From assembly GCA_965218585.1 (NCBI GenBank), contig CBDCLE010000003.1:96001-160000 (forward strand): 64,000 nt of DNA, read 5' to 3'. Each line of letters starts with the position of its first letter. The stretch's first letter is position 1. Positions 21,153-32,684 of the stretch are shown here, piece after piece. The notes beneath the pieces were generated by a model, which was not told the origin of the DNA, made no database searches, and worked only from the letters and a program-made list of their open reading frames with translations. The stretch comes from Terriglobia bacterium. GTDB taxonomy: Bacteria; Acidobacteriota; Terriglobia; 20CM-2-55-15. Both the position numbers and the translations under genes were made by a program.

Positions 21153-22298
21153 TCACCAACTGACGCGAAGACCTGTCGTGGCGGAAACGCCAGAATACGC
21201 CCCGCCGTCATTGGCACTGTCGGTCATTTCTCCGAACTGCACGCCACTTTGAAGCTTCAGCTTGTGGCCGTAGAAATAGTAATTGACCCCCAGATAAGCC
21301 TCGTTGTATTCGTCGCCCCGGCCCGAGGTCGCCCGGTTTTCGTACCTGCCTAGCCTGACTCCGTTCGGATTCTCGCTTCCGAGGTATGTGTAGCGGCCGA
21401 CGACCTGGAACCTGCGGGTCACGTTGAAGAACGGCATGGTCATCACACCCCACAGATCGCTTTGCCCCAGGTAACCCGATCCCGTGCTGAGATCCGCTCG
21501 AAAACCCCACCTGTTGTCTTCAAATTTAAAATTGACAGAGGTCACGTGTTGAAGCTGTCTAGTGCCGCTGTTGTCCGGATCCGGATTCTGATAGACGTAA
21601 TTGCCGGCCAGCAGAGCTTCGCTCACTCCCAGCGAGTCTCGAAAATCGTAGCCGATGACGACAAGGCCAAAATAGCTTCCGTTGAATCTGCCGAACTCGC
21701 GGTTTGCTTCGCCTGCGGAGTAGGCACCGACTTGATAGATCCAATTCGAAAGTTCGCCCGATACGCTGACACCGGACATGTACTCCCGGGTAAACCACAT
21801 GTTGTTGGCCAGGTTGCTGCGGTCGATGGTCAGAAGTTCCTTTGATGACGTCGAACCTTCCATTGTGAAGCCGACGCTTTGCTTGCCGAAGGTCAGCGCC
21901 ATCCCCTCACTTCGGCTCCACTCCAGATAAAAGTCTGTAAGCCCCATGTAAAACGGATCTGTTTCCTGTGGGTTGAAAGCCGCTTCTGTGTGAAGCGTGA
22001 ACTGGTTCAGGAAAGTCGATTTAACACCAAGGCGGAAACGGCGGACATTCCATTCCTGGTGCGATGATCGATCTCCGTTAACCGCTGCATATTCGTATTG
22101 GAACCGTCCGCTGAAAAGCACGCTTTGGAGCACGGAGTTGTCTTCATTTTCGTACCACTCGGCGAATCTCCAGATGTTGTCGTAGACGGACGGTGCATCT
22201 TCGGTAGGAGACTGAACCGGCGCCGCACGCGATTCGAAAGGTGCGACACAAGTGAGCAGTATCGCGACAATGAAATTTGAGGATGTCGATCTGATCAA
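21153..22298 (-). CDS. OprO/OprP-like phosphate-selective porin
   Basis: Signal peptide, SGRFQ..RRFRLG, TSSKELLTIDRS, GVNYY, terminal aromatic residue (W). Confidence 0.75.
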   Translation of the reverse strand: MIRSTSSNFIVAILLTCVAPFESRAAPVQSPTEDAPSVYDNIWRFAEWYENEDNSVLQSVLFSGRFQYEYAAVNGDRSSHQEWNVRRFRLGVKSTFLNQFTLHTEAAFNPQETDPFYMGLTDFYLEWSRSEGMALTFGKQSVGFTMEGSTSSKELLTIDRSNLANNMWFTREYMSGVSVSGELSNWIYQVGAYSAGEANREFGRFNGSYFGLVVIGYDFRDSLGVSEALLAGNYVYQNPDPDNSGTRQLQHVTSVNFKFEDNRWGFRADLSTGSGYLGQSDLWGVMTMPFFNVTRRFQVVGRYTYLGSENPNGVRLGRYENRATSGRGDEYNEAYLGVNYYFYGHKLKLQSGVQFGEMTDSANDGGAYSGVSATTGLRVSW

Positions 22299-22452
22299 AG
22301 CGCCTCTTTCAATTCGTTCAATGTACGCCTTATCTCACAGTGTGTTCGGTCGAGGCCCAGTTTAGGGCTCTCCGCGTTCTATGGGGTGCTAAAAGTCTCA
22401 GCCTGAATTCAGGGACGGAAATCGAGTCAGCCACAGGCCCCGGGAGGGATGC

Positions 22453-23460
22453 CTATTCAGCGATTTGCAGGACCTTCTCCTCGCCCTGGATCGGGAGGGA
22501 TGCCGTCATTTCCTGGGGCGCCCGCCAGTGGTCGATCACAGACACTTTCTGAACACAACCGATCGTGCATCGAGGCGCACATGGCTTCTTTGTGTAGAAC
22601 TCCCGATGAACATCATCAGCCGTGTAGTCAGCAAGCGGAATTCCTGGAAAACCACGCTGCTGTGAGCAGTAGTGGACGAGGCCGTCCTCGCAGATATAAA
22701 GAAACCGTGCGCCGGCGCGGCAATGCCAGTCGTTCGGCTTCCCCTTGGCAAGATTCTCCTGGAACCAGTTCAGGCGAGTGTAGCTCTGGCTGCCGTAACT
22801 GCGAATCTTTCGATAGACACGCTCTTCTCTACGGTCGAGAGGTTTCACCTGCCCTGAGCCGTCATGAATAATTCCTAACGACGTCGAGAATCCCAGATGC
22901 CGCGCCAACTCCGTAATGTGAAGAGCGTCTTCCGGCGTCTTGATACCGCCGCCGATCACGGAGTTGATGTTCACATCGAAATCGGAGTACTCGGCGAGAT
23001 ACTGGAGTTTCAGTTCCAGAACTTTCAGGCTCTTCATCGAGACTTCATCGGGTTCGATGTTGTCGATGCTGATCTGTAGATATTCCAGACCTGCATCATT
23101 GAGTGCTTTGATCTTGTCTGGCACCAGAAGATAACCGTTGGTGATCAATCCGGCAATCATGTCCCGGCCGCGAATCCTCGCGATGATCTTCTCGATCTCC
23201 GGATGCATCAGGGGTTCACCGCCGCTGATCGTAATGATAGACGTCCCCAGTTCCGCTAGCTTGTCGAGTCGACGGTACATCTCTTCGGTAGGAACCGGAG
23301 GCGAATGATCGTCGTATTCATTGCAATAGGCACATGCCAGATTACACCGCCGCATCGGAATGATGTGAGCCAGGAGAGGATGGCGTGTGGAGGCCAATCC
23401 ACGTGCAATCATCTGCGTTTCACGCCACCTGAGCCGGAGCCTGTTTTTCCTCTTTATCAT
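22453..23460 (-). CDS. Radical SAM protein with C-terminal Cys cluster
   Basis: [22 protein letters not shown]; C-terminal CRAG...CAPRCTIGC; start uncertain. Confidence 0.88.
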   Translation of the reverse strand: MIKRKNRLRLRWRETQMIARGLASTRHPLLAHIIPMRRCNLACAYCNEYDDHSPPVPTEEMYRRLDKLAELGTSIITISGGEPLMHPEIEKIIARIRGRDMIAGLITNGYLLVPDKIKALNDAGLEYLQISIDNIEPDEVSMKSLKVLELKLQYLAEYSDFDVNINSVIGGGIKTPEDALHITELARHLGFSTSLGIIHDGSGQVKPLDRREERVYRKIRSYGSQSYTRLNWFQENLAKGKPNDWHCRAGARFLYICEDGLVHYCSQQRGFPGIPLADYTADDVHREFYTKKPCAPRCTIGCVQKVSVIDHWRAPQEMTASLPIQGEEKVLQIAE

Positions 23461-23560
23461 CAAAACACCCGGGAAAATCCAATCGCGTGAAGTCTTCCGT
23501 AAGATATCACATCGATACACTTGGCTAGTGCCCGGGGACAGCGTAGATAATAGAACTCTC

Positions 23561-25702
23561 ATGGAATTCCGATTCCAATGGAAATTTCGTCTGGACGTCG
23601 AACCCGACCGACTATGGCGATACATTGCTGACACAGGTAGTTTGAACGAAGCTGCCGGACTGCCTGAATGGAAACTTCAATACATCCCGGAAGACGATGG
23701 CGGTTCCCGACAAACAGCAGAAACGCGCTATATGGGGTGGCGCATCCGCTGGGACGAACACCCCTTCGAATGGGTGGAAGGCAGAAGCTACGAGGTCCTT
23801 CGCGTCTATCACAATGGGCCTGTGCGTTCGTTCCGGTTGGCCGTCCAGCTTTCACCTCTGGACGGCGGATCGCTTCTGGTAGAGGACATGGTTGTCGAAC
23901 CTCGGTGGCTTGTTCTGGCGCCGGCGATCTACTGGGATCTCGGGTACCGCTCTCGCAAGCGTTTTGGACGTGTCTATAGGAAGATCGAAAACTTTCTGAA
24001 GGGTCAGACTGCAGCGCCCTTCCCTGTGCGGCATCCGAATACGGTCGCAGATGATCGCCTGCACCGACTCGAGAAACGTCTTAATGGTGTCGAGGGCGGA
24101 GAGTATCTCCCCAACCTTCTGAACGCTCTCAAAACATATTCCGATCAAGAACTGCACCGGCTGCGCGCTTTTGCCTTCGCCGACGAATGGGGTGCCGACC
24201 GGGTGCAGACCCTGAAACTGTTTCTGCACGCGGGGGTGGCAGGGCTACTGGATGTCTCCTGGGACGTCATATGTCCGAGTTGCCGTGGAGCAAAGATGCG
24301 AGTCGGGAAACTTCGGGATCTTCGGACCGAAGCGCATTGCGACGCATGCAACATCCGCTACTCCACCGATTTCGCAGAGTCGGTAGAGATCACTTTTCTT
24401 CCAAGTTCAGGAATCCGGAAAGTCGAGATGAACGACTATTGCAGCGGTGGTCCAATGAGGGCCCCCCACGTCGTCGTACAACAGCAGATTCCGCCTGGAG
24501 AAACCCGAACGATACCGCTCAGACTCAAGCCGTGGCAGTACAGGCTACGTTCCCTGAAACTCCCAAGCCACAGCATGCTCAAGGTCGGAAGCGAACTCGG
24601 GGGAAATGAACTGAAAGCAACGCTGGGAGTAGCGGGAATAGCACCAGAGGAAACTACTCTTGGCGAGGACTTCACGTTGGCGATCCGGAACGGAACGGAA
24701 AAGACCCACACAGTGATGCTCGAAAGGACCTCGGAACAGGAACAGGCAACCTCTGCAGCATTCGTGACCACAATGCCGGAGTTCCGCAACCTGTTCTCGT
24801 CTGAGGTCCTGGCTCCTGACACGCAGGTCCGTGCCGGAACGATCTGCCTGATGTTTACGGATCTGAGGGGATCGACTTCCATGTATGAGGAAATCGGCGA
24901 CACCGCGGCGTACGCTCGCGTACGCGAACACTTTGAAATATTGCGGGACGTGGTCGGGAGCTACGAGGGAACATTCGTCAAAACGATCGGGGATGCTCTC
25001 ATGGCCGCTTTTAGCGATCCGGCCAAAGGACTGGGTGCGGCGTTTGACATGCACGAACGGATGCGACTAGAAAACAAGACACACAGTCCGGCCCTAACGC
25101 TCAAGATCGGTCTCCACCAGGGTCCCTGTTTCGCAGTAAATACGAATGAGAACCTGGACTATTTCGGAACAACTGTCAACATAGCGGCACGCGTTCAAAA
25201 GGAGAGCCAGGGAGGAGACGTTGTGGTGACCGACGAACTTTTCCACGACCACGCAGCGCAAGAACTATTGCTGGAGCGCGTCCATGCTTACCAGCCGCTG
25301 GAGATTGAAATTCGCGGCCTTCGAGGAACCCCTTGGGCCGATGGGGATTGGGGTCGATCTCTTTGTCACTCGTCGGTCACGATGAGAAAGCATCGATCCT
25401 TCCTCGCTCCTCAACCTCGACCGCAAGACCCATCGGCGCCACTGGCGATACCTCTGTTACAGGCCACTAGTCTTCCAGAAGACTGCCTTCGGTATCGTAG
25501 ATCTCTACCGGTCCATACTGCTCCAGTATCGACTGGATCTGGCTCGCATCCCCGACGACGACGATCTGCATCGCTTCGGGATCCAGATACTTCTCTGCCA
25601 TACTCTGAACCGTTTCGGAAGTCACAGCCATCACCCGTTCCGGATACCTATCCCAGTAGTCCCGTGCAAAGCCATAGATCTCGCGCGTCGTCGAATAACT
25701 GA
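23561..25702 (+). CDS. SRPBCC + DUF5939-like + class III adenylate/guanylate cyclase; native C-terminus apparently lost after ~25330
   Basis: CPSCRG..HCDAC zinc-ribbon; [16 protein letters not shown] and [13 protein letters not shown] motifs. The tail after EIRGLRGT is not protein-like and overlaps the convergent gene by 236 nt. Confidence 0.8.
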   Translation: MEFRFQWKFRLDVEPDRLWRYIADTGSLNEAAGLPEWKLQYIPEDDGGSRQTAETRYMGWRIRWDEHPFEWVEGRSYEVLRVYHNGPVRSFRLAVQLSPLDGGSLLVEDMVVEPRWLVLAPAIYWDLGYRSRKRFGRVYRKIENFLKGQTAAPFPVRHPNTVADDRLHRLEKRLNGVEGGEYLPNLLNALKTYSDQELHRLRAFAFADEWGADRVQTLKLFLHAGVAGLLDVSWDVICPSCRGAKMRVGKLRDLRTEAHCDACNIRYSTDFAESVEITFLPSSGIRKVEMNDYCSGGPMRAPHVVVQQQIPPGETRTIPLRLKPWQYRLRSLKLPSHSMLKVGSELGGNELKATLGVAGIAPEETTLGEDFTLAIRNGTEKTHTVMLERTSEQEQATSAAFVTTMPEFRNLFSSEVLAPDTQVRAGTICLMFTDLRGSTSMYEEIGDTAAYARVREHFEILRDVVGSYEGTFVKTIGDALMAAFSDPAKGLGAAFDMHERMRLENKTHSPALTLKIGLHQGPCFAVNTNENLDYFGTTVNIAARVQKESQGGDVVVTDELFHDHAAQELLLERVHAYQPLEIEIRGLRGTPWADGDWGRSLCHSSVTMRKHRSFLAPQPRPQDPSAPLAIPLLQATSLPEDCLRYRRSLPVHTAPVSTGSGSHPRRRRSASLRDPDTSLPYSEPFRKSQPSPVPDTYPSSPVQSHRSRASSNN

Positions 25703-26939
25703 GGAGGCTCGTGGGGCGTTCCAGCGAGAGGGCAAAACGGGCCACGAGGGACCGCTTTACCTCCTCGAGTTCGACCTCGGGCACAGCTTGGTCCTTCATT
25801 CGTTCCAGTTCATAGAAAAACTCAGTCATCGCGCCTTCTGTGACTTCGGTGCGCACATCGGCCGATGCCCGCCAGGCTCCCGGATACTTCAGAGCCGAGA
25901 AGAAACTGTAGGCTCCATAGGTATAGCCCTTTTCCTCACGGAGGTTGATGAACAGGCGAGAAGAGGGACCTCCACCCAACACCTGATTCATGACCGTCAG
26001 TGGAATGTAGTCAGGATGCCGGCGGTCCAGTGCCAGAGTCCCCATATAGATCGTCGCCTGGGCGGAGTCCGGTCGATCAACGAGAAAGATCCGACCAAGG
26101 GCCGGCGTTTCCGGATCCGGGGGCAACTCTACAACGTAGTCGGTCCGTTCCCAGTCCTCCAGCCACTCGTTCAAATCCGAGAAAATGTCCTGGGCGTCAA
26201 CGTCTCCGGCAATACTGAGAACGGAGTTCTGAGGTGCATAGCGCTCCCGATGCCAGCGAGCGAGAATCTCGGTCGACATAGCATCAAGGGAATCCTCTGT
26301 GGCCGATCGCGTCGCTGCGGGATGGTCGCCGAACACGGCCGCACTGAATCGCTCGTTTGCCAGAAATCCGGAGCGGGTACGCTGCTGACGAAGCCCTGCT
26401 ATCTCTTCCTCGCGGATCCGCTCAAATTCCGGTTCAGGAAAGGTGGGATTCAGCAAAACGTCGCGCATGATCTCGAACCAATCTTCCATATTGCGGCTTA
26501 AGCCCGACGCACTCACACTGGTCGCCTCGGAACCGAAGTTCGACGAACTGTTAAGGTTCGCTCCGAGCCGGGCAACCTCTTCAAGGATTTCACCGTTGGA
26601 TCGCGTTGTGGTACCTTCGCGCAACATCCTGGCTGTCATGTCCGCTACACCGGCAAGTTCGCTGGATTCATAGAGGGGGCCTGCCCCGCCGATGGTAAGC
26701 TGCATGGTCACAATCGGCGAGCGGTCGTCTTCGAGAACAAGCACTCGTAACCCGTTGTCCAGCGTGGTCTCGACCGCGCGCGGAAGCGTCACCTGGAGTA
26801 CATCGTTGGAAACAGGTGCCAGATTCTTGCGGACGATAGAGGATGAATCAGGAGCCGCAATGTCCTGGGCACCGGCAACGGTATGCACGCCGCAGATTAA
26901 CGCAAGAACGAGAGAAAGTTTTCCAATCTGAGGCCTCAC
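25467..26939 (-). CDS. M16 peptidase family, non-catalytic subunit
   Basis: LDNGLRV, SRLFINLREEKGYTYG; no HxxEH motif. Confidence 0.88.
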   Translation of the reverse strand: MRPQIGKLSLVLALICGVHTVAGAQDIAAPDSSSIVRKNLAPVSNDVLQVTLPRAVETTLDNGLRVLVLEDDRSPIVTMQLTIGGAGPLYESSELAGVADMTARMLREGTTTRSNGEILEEVARLGANLNSSSNFGSEATSVSASGLSRNMEDWFEIMRDVLLNPTFPEPEFERIREEEIAGLRQQRTRSGFLANERFSAAVFGDHPAATRSATEDSLDAMSTEILARWHRERYAPQNSVLSIAGDVDAQDIFSDLNEWLEDWERTDYVVELPPDPETPALGRIFLVDRPDSAQATIYMGTLALDRRHPDYIPLTVMNQVLGGGPSSRLFINLREEKGYTYGAYSFFSALKYPGAWRASADVRTEVTEGAMTEFFYELERMKDQAVPEVELEEVKRSLVARFALSLERPTSLLSYSTTREIYGFARDYWDRYPERVMAVTSETVQSMAEKYLDPEAMQIVVVGDASQIQSILEQYGPVEIYDTEGSLLED

Positions 26940-28294
26940 TGTCCACCTCCGCGTGCCGGCCGCTGCTCCCTAGTCTGCGGCAGAGTCGTTACGACTGTCC
27001 GGTTGGTTTCTCTTAGATAAATGTCCGCCCCGGATCGAATCTGCTGCTTCGAAACGCGATCGTACTTCTCCTGGAAGGTGTTGATCAGATCAGGATCGTT
27101 ATAGAAGACGGTGTTCTCGGCCAACGCATTGGCCCTGGCGCGCGTGGACTGCAAGCGCTGAGCGTTCTGCCGTTCGATCTGAGTGATGACCTTTTCCATC
27201 TCCCAATCCTCTACAAGGTCTGTCTTCAGCGTTTCGATTTCCCGATAGATAGCAGCTTCAAGGTCTTCGAGTTCGACACCTGGCCTCGGCGTCGCAGAAA
27301 TCGAAAACAAGGATGGACCGCGGCGTTCACCGAGGCCTGCGCGAACGTTGAGCGCCAACTGATCTTCCTGGACGAGTCTCTGGTACAGACGTCCTGACCG
27401 ACCGCCTCCCAGGATGTCTCCCAACACCGCCAGGATGTACCAGTCACCCGTATTCCCTTCTGGAGCCTTGAAGGCGATATCCAGCCGAGGCAGCCGGGCA
27501 AACTGGTCGGCGATAGTGACACGCTTTTCCTCTGTCTGCTCTGGCTCGACGATAAACATTTCAGGTGGTGTGAGCTGATCTGGGATGTCACCGAAGTATT
27601 GCTCGATCTTTGCCAGTGCTTCCTCTGCGTCGAAATCTCCGACGAGGGCCAGAACAGCATTGTTGGGAGCGTAGTACTGCCTGAAGAAGTCCTCTACGTC
27701 GACTAGCGTCGCGGCATCCAGGTCGTCCATGGAACCAATCGTGGAATGGCTGTAAGCAAACGATTCATACGCTGTCTCGTTAACTGTTAAAAACGTTCGA
27801 CCGTACGGGGCATTGTCAATTCCAAGCCGGCGCTCCTCCTTCACGGTCTGCCGCTGGTTCTCAAGATTCGCCTCGGAAATGTCGAGGGATCTCATCCGGT
27901 CGGCCTCCAGGAACAGGCCCAGGTCGAGTTGGTTCGCGGGCAGCGTTTCGAAATAATTCGTTCGGTCCGAGCTGGTCGTACCGTTCATGCTCCCGCCGTT
28001 GTTCTGGATCAAAATAAAATGCTCACCCTTGCCGACGTTCTCCGAGCCCTGGAACATCATGTGTTCAAACAGATGCGCAAATCCCGTCTTCCCCTGGCGT
28101 TCGTTGCGGGACCCCACATCGTAGACAACACAGATGGAGTAGGTCGGAGCGGAATGATCCTCCGAAAGGATCACCCTGAGCCCGTTATCCAAACGGAAGA
28201 TTTCGAAAGGAACCTCGGACTGGGCATCCGCAGGCCCGGCCCAAAGAATCAATAGAAGCGCTGTCAGCGAGGAGACAAACGTCTTTCTCAGCAT
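26936..28294 (-). CDS. M16 (insulinase) zinc peptidase, catalytic subunit
   Basis: GFAHLFEHMMF inverzincin motif, NGTT..DRTNY, VKEERR; signal peptide. Confidence 0.92.
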   Translation of the reverse strand: MLRKTFVSSLTALLLILWAGPADAQSEVPFEIFRLDNGLRVILSEDHSAPTYSICVVYDVGSRNERQGKTGFAHLFEHMMFQGSENVGKGEHFILIQNNGGSMNGTTSSDRTNYFETLPANQLDLGLFLEADRMRSLDISEANLENQRQTVKEERRLGIDNAPYGRTFLTVNETAYESFAYSHSTIGSMDDLDAATLVDVEDFFRQYYAPNNAVLALVGDFDAEEALAKIEQYFGDIPDQLTPPEMFIVEPEQTEEKRVTIADQFARLPRLDIAFKAPEGNTGDWYILAVLGDILGGGRSGRLYQRLVQEDQLALNVRAGLGERRGPSLFSISATPRPGVELEDLEAAIYREIETLKTDLVEDWEMEKVITQIERQNAQRLQSTRARANALAENTVFYNDPDLINTFQEKYDRVSKQQIRSGADIYLRETNRTVVTTLPQTREQRPARGGGQ

Positions 28295-28393
28295 ACTTTC
28301 ACCTCAGAAGTGACGGGAATTCGCCCTAAGGATGTAGTCTATGCGACCTGCTTCATCCGTTCCACCCATTCTGCACGCTTCCTTGAGGTGGCG

Positions 28394-29617
28394 TTACTGG
28401 GGTAAGGTGCGGCCCTGCGCAAAATCAGTCTGACCCTGAAAAACGCGCAGTCCGAATTCAGGCATGATCGAAAAGATGTGATCAAAGATATCGGACTGGA
28501 TGCCTTCGTACTCTGCCCAGGCGGTCACGTTCGTAAAGACGTACAACTCGACGGGCAGACCTTCTGACGTGGGCGAGAGCTGGCGCACGATCAGTGTCAT
28601 GTTCTGGTGAATCTTAGGGTGCTGCCGCAAATAAGCAGCTAGGTAGGCACGCAATGTTCCGACATTGGTCAACCGACGCGCATTCACGATCAGATTGGGA
28701 TCATCCTGAAAGGTTTTATTGAAGTCACGGACCTCTTGCCTCTTCTCACGCACATAGTCCTGCAGAATGGCAAAGTTTTCGATCCTGTCCAGATCTGCTT
28801 CGGTCAGAAAGTGGATCGAATTCATGTCAACGAAGAAGGAGCGCTTGATCCGGCGGCCACCGGACTCCTGCATGCCGCGCCAGTTCTTGAAAGGCTGTTC
28901 GATCAGCTTGTGCGTTGGAACGGCGGTGATCGTCTTATCGAAGTTCTGAATCTTGACGGTATGAAGAGTCAACTCGATCACGTCACCGTCCGCACCATAC
29001 TGCGGCATTTCGATCCAATCTCCGACCCGCACCATGTCGTAGCTGGCCATCTGAAGGCTGGCGACGAATGAGAGGATCGTGTCCCTGAAAACCAGCAGGA
29101 GGACGGCGGTGATCGCCCCGATCCCACTCAACAGGAGCAGAGGGTCTCGCCCCGTCAGAGTGGCAATGAAAAGGACGCCACCGATGACGTAGATGGCAAT
29201 CTTGCTCACCTGAACATAGGCTTCAATCGGCCGGCCCTCTGCGATCGAACTAGAGGAGTAGGTCCTGCCGACAGCGGTCAGAAAGGCCGCCAACGCTGAG
29301 ACACCAACCAGAACCATTGCGGCAGCGGCCGCGCGTTCGACCAGTGTGTCAACCCCTTGGGGTACATCGGGTATGAACCCGATGCCGAAGTAAACGACTA
29401 AAGCTGGCGCCAGGTGCGCCACGCGCCCGAATACATTGAATTCGAGAAGAATGTCGTCGAACTGGAAGGCAGTCTCTTGGGCAACACGACGGACAGTCGT
29501 CAGAATGATGCTTTTTGTGATTCGGTCCGCCAGATAGGCGAACAGCATCACGACTACAATTCCAATCGCGGTTGCTAGGATCGGGTATTGATTCAGAAAC
29601 TCGAGCGCACTCGACAT
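28394..29617 (-). CDS. MscS-family mechanosensitive channel (YbdG/MscM-like)
   Basis: GDWIEMP.YGADGDV, KIQNFDKT, FKNWRGM..SGGRRIKRS and YEGIQSDIFDH motifs. Confidence 0.92.
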   Translation of the reverse strand: MSSALEFLNQYPILATAIGIVVVMLFAYLADRITKSIILTTVRRVAQETAFQFDDILLEFNVFGRVAHLAPALVVYFGIGFIPDVPQGVDTLVERAAAAAMVLVGVSALAAFLTAVGRTYSSSSIAEGRPIEAYVQVSKIAIYVIGGVLFIATLTGRDPLLLLSGIGAITAVLLLVFRDTILSFVASLQMASYDMVRVGDWIEMPQYGADGDVIELTLHTVKIQNFDKTITAVPTHKLIEQPFKNWRGMQESGGRRIKRSFFVDMNSIHFLTEADLDRIENFAILQDYVREKRQEVRDFNKTFQDDPNLIVNARRLTNVGTLRAYLAAYLRQHPKIHQNMTLIVRQLSPTSEGLPVELYVFTNVTAWAEYEGIQSDIFDHIFSIMPEFGLRVFQGQTDFAQGRTLPQ

Positions 29618-29757
29618 GTCGTCATCTTACACGTAAGGAAGTGGCGAGTTAAGCGTGATAATCGCCATTCGTTCTGATGAAACATTTCGGCCAAACCGGA
29701 ATTGTTTCAGGGGGAAGGAGGAAATGACTGATAGGCGGCGATAATCGAGACCAACTA

Positions 29758-31458
29758 TCAGCGTGCCATTCTCGATCGATTATCGTCCTGTTTCTTCAGT
29801 TGCGATTTGAGCTTGTACATGCGTCGATCTGCCACAGCAGTAACATCGGTCAGCGTGCTACCGTCTTCCGGTGCCGAGGCAACACCACAGCTGACTCCGA
29901 AGCCCAGTTCACGATACGTTTCAAAGCTAGCATCCCCATCGACCAACCGCTGAAACTCCCCTGCGGATGGAAACACGGATCTTAGGTGAGAGGCTAGGCG
30001 CACCAGAACGTCATCGCCGGCCTGATGTCCGAACGTATCGTTGACAGCCTTGAAGGAGTCCAGGTCCAACAACACAATTGAGAAAGATTCCTCCGAGGAA
30101 TCCTTAAACGACCTCTCCAGCGCTCGCCGATTCGCCAGTCCCGTCAGTCGATCAGAAATCGCATCCTGATGTGCGACTTCGATCATACGGGCCTTGTGAA
30201 GACTGCCCGCGATTCGGTCGGCCGTCGCCGTGGCATAGCGAACCTCATCATCGCCGAATTCGGCATCGCGATATAGCGACAGGACTGCCAGTACCCGCCC
30301 GTCGAACATCACAGGAGCGGCCACGACTTTCAATCCTTCGAATCGCCCGGAATCCACAGCAAGGTTCACGCAGGGGCTCTGTTCAGCAGCGACCCAACCG
30401 GCGACTCCTGCTCCGAAGGGGAGTACGCCATGGGGTTCTTCGTTCCTGGAATACGAAACCAATTGGTCGCTGTTGACCGACCAGAGAACCACCGTACTCG
30501 ATTCAACATGTTCTTCAAGCATGCCGGCGACTACGGAAGCAATGTCTTCAACAGAGGACAATCCGCTGATTGCTTCGGAAAGCGTATCCAGGAAATGTAC
30601 TTCCGACGCAGCCTTTTCTATGTCGGAATAGGCGCTCGGTCTGTATTCTTCCGGCCTCCCCTCCGAACCCTCGGTGACATCAAGATAGACGTGTTTCCAA
30701 TGAGCCACGATGTCTGGATCAAAAAGGGTACCGGATCCCTTTTCGAGCATCGTCATGGCTTGTTCTGCCGTCACCGACAGGTTCCCATGACGAGACATGA
30801 AGCTTTCGTAGGAATCAACGATCGCGATCACCCGGGCTGCGATGGGAATTGAGGTGCCTCGGAGTCCTTCCGGGTAACCCGAGCCACCGTATCGTTCGTG
30901 ATGGTACCGAACCGCGTCTGATCCCGGATATGAAAACTTGATGTTGGATATGATCTCTCCCCCGATTTCGGGATGGAGGCGCATCTTAGTCATTTCCTCA
31001 GGTGTCAGAGATCCTCTCTTCCTGAGGATGTAGTCCGGTACGGCCAGTTTTCCAATGTTGTGCAGGAGGGCGGCGGCGGCAATCCCATCCACTTCATCAT
31101 CTTCAAGATTCATTTCACGGACCAGTGCTCTCGCGTAGGCCTGAACTCGAACAACGTGGCCCTGGTTCTGATCCTTGGCATCGATGGCCAGGACGAGCGT
31201 TTCCAAGGTTGATTCGTGTAGCTCGGCCATGACTTCGGCATGCCGCTTCTTGCTTTCAAGCTGTTCGGTATAGGCTCGGTGAGCCCGGAAGTTCATGTAG
31301 AGAAGAGGCAGCAAGGGAACCAACGCACCCAAGGCTGCGTAGGCCAACGTGACATCGTAGACGAGTGCGCCTACACCCACGGGGAATCCCATCGCCACGC
31401 AGAGCAGAACCACTGACCGGAGCAGGGACAGGCTGGTATATGAGGAGTCTTTTCTCAA
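29758..31458 (-). CDS. Membrane HD-GYP + GAF + GGDEF protein with degenerate or deleted catalytic motifs
   Basis: LHNIGK (HD to HN), HHER..GSGYP, GAF region, DRLTGLANRR, DLDSFKAVNDTFGH.AGD; the GGDEF motif itself is absent near 29961. Confidence 0.8.
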   Translation of the reverse strand: MRKDSSYTSLSLLRSVVLLCVAMGFPVGVGALVYDVTLAYAALGALVPLLPLLYMNFRAHRAYTEQLESKKRHAEVMAELHESTLETLVLAIDAKDQNQGHVVRVQAYARALVREMNLEDDEVDGIAAAALLHNIGKLAVPDYILRKRGSLTPEEMTKMRLHPEIGGEIISNIKFSYPGSDAVRYHHERYGGSGYPEGLRGTSIPIAARVIAIVDSYESFMSRHGNLSVTAEQAMTMLEKGSGTLFDPDIVAHWKHVYLDVTEGSEGRPEEYRPSAYSDIEKAASEVHFLDTLSEAISGLSSVEDIASVVAGMLEEHVESSTVVLWSVNSDQLVSYSRNEEPHGVLPFGAGVAGWVAAEQSPCVNLAVDSGRFEGLKVVAAPVMFDGRVLAVLSLYRDAEFGDDEVRYATATADRIAGSLHKARMIEVAHQDAISDRLTGLANRRALERSFKDSSEESFSIVLLDLDSFKAVNDTFGHQAGDDVLVRLASHLRSVFPSAGEFQRLVDGDASFETYRELGFGVSCGVASAPEDGSTLTDVTAVADRRMYKLKSQLKKQDDNRSRMAR

Positions 31459-31622
31459 GGCGGACTAGTCTCCCATCATTTAACTTATCGGCCGGAGACA
31501 CATCATCCTTAATACGCTATAAGGAAGGACGCCCCTTTGTCGGCTGTTGCCAGGAGGAAAATCTCCCGACAACAACCCATTCAACGTAGCTGCGTTGAAT
31601 TCAAAGACAAAGGAGCACGTAA

Positions 31623-32684
31623 ATGAAACAGGCCAAGTATATCGGCATGGATGTGCACCAGGCAACGACGGTGGTGATGGTCTTAAACGCAGACGGCAAA
31701 CTGGTCTGGGAAAAGATCGTAGAGACCCAGGCCGGGCCAATCATTGATTTGCTGGAGAGTCTGAGTGGTGAGCTGCACGTGACGTTTGAAGAAACCACGC
31801 AGGCCGAATGGCTCTACAACGTGGTCCGGGGATATGTGAGCGAAGTGATCGTGTGTGATCCCAGACGGAACAAACTGCTCAGTGACGGGTCCAAGACCGA
31901 CCGGGTGGATGCCCTGAAACTGGCCGAGCTGCTCCGGGCCGGATGGCTGCGGTCGGTCTACCACGGGCACGATGCGACGCGGACGTTGAAAGAACTGGTC
32001 CGCGGATATGAGACCTTGACCCTGGATACGCAGCGGACGATGGTTCGGATCAAGGCAATGTATCGAGGACGTGGGATCCGGACGCCGGGCCACGGCGTCT
32101 ACCTCCCATCGCAGCGGGAACACTGGATCGAACAGCTCGCCAATACCGGTGCACGGCGGCGTACCGGATGGTTGTATGAGGAGCTGGATCATCTGAGAGG
32201 GTTAAGAAAAAAAGCGAAGCTGGCGATGTTAACCGAGAGCTGCAAGCATCGTGCGGTGGGGATATTGCAGACGATTCCCCAGTTGGGACCGATACGTTGC
32301 GCCTTGATTGTAGCGACGGGGGACACCCCGCATCGATTTCGAACCAAACGCCAGCTCTGGAACTACAGCGGTCTGGCCGTGGCAATGCACATGAGTGCGG
32401 AGTATGAGCAGGAAGGGAGTCGTGTGGTACGTCGTCGAAAGCCGATCGCCACGCGGGGACTGAACCGCAACGGCAACCGACGTTTGAAAGATGTGTTCAT
32501 CGGGGCGGCGACCGGAGGCATGGGGGCCGAACCTTGGAAAAGCTACCTGGAGGGGCTCCAGAAAGACGGCAAGCGTAAGGAGATGGCTCGGCTGACACTG
32601 GCGAGGAAGATTGCAGCGACCGCACTGAAGATGTGGAAGAAAGGAGACACGTTTAACGCAAAGAAACTGAACTTGGCGACATAG
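31623..32684 (+). CDS. IS110-family transposase/recombinase
   Basis: IGMDVH, FEE, KTDRVDA (DEDD); IPQLGP, RF....LWNYSGL..HMS and GNRRLK motifs; SD AAGGAG. Confidence 0.93.
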   Translation: MKQAKYIGMDVHQATTVVMVLNADGKLVWEKIVETQAGPIIDLLESLSGELHVTFEETTQAEWLYNVVRGYVSEVIVCDPRRNKLLSDGSKTDRVDALKLAELLRAGWLRSVYHGHDATRTLKELVRGYETLTLDTQRTMVRIKAMYRGRGIRTPGHGVYLPSQREHWIEQLANTGARRRTGWLYEELDHLRGLRKKAKLAMLTESCKHRAVGILQTIPQLGPIRCALIVATGDTPHRFRTKRQLWNYSGLAVAMHMSAEYEQEGSRVVRRRKPIATRGLNRNGNRRLKDVFIGAATGGMGAEPWKSYLEGLQKDGKRKEMARLTLARKIAATALKMWKKGDTFNAKKLNLAT

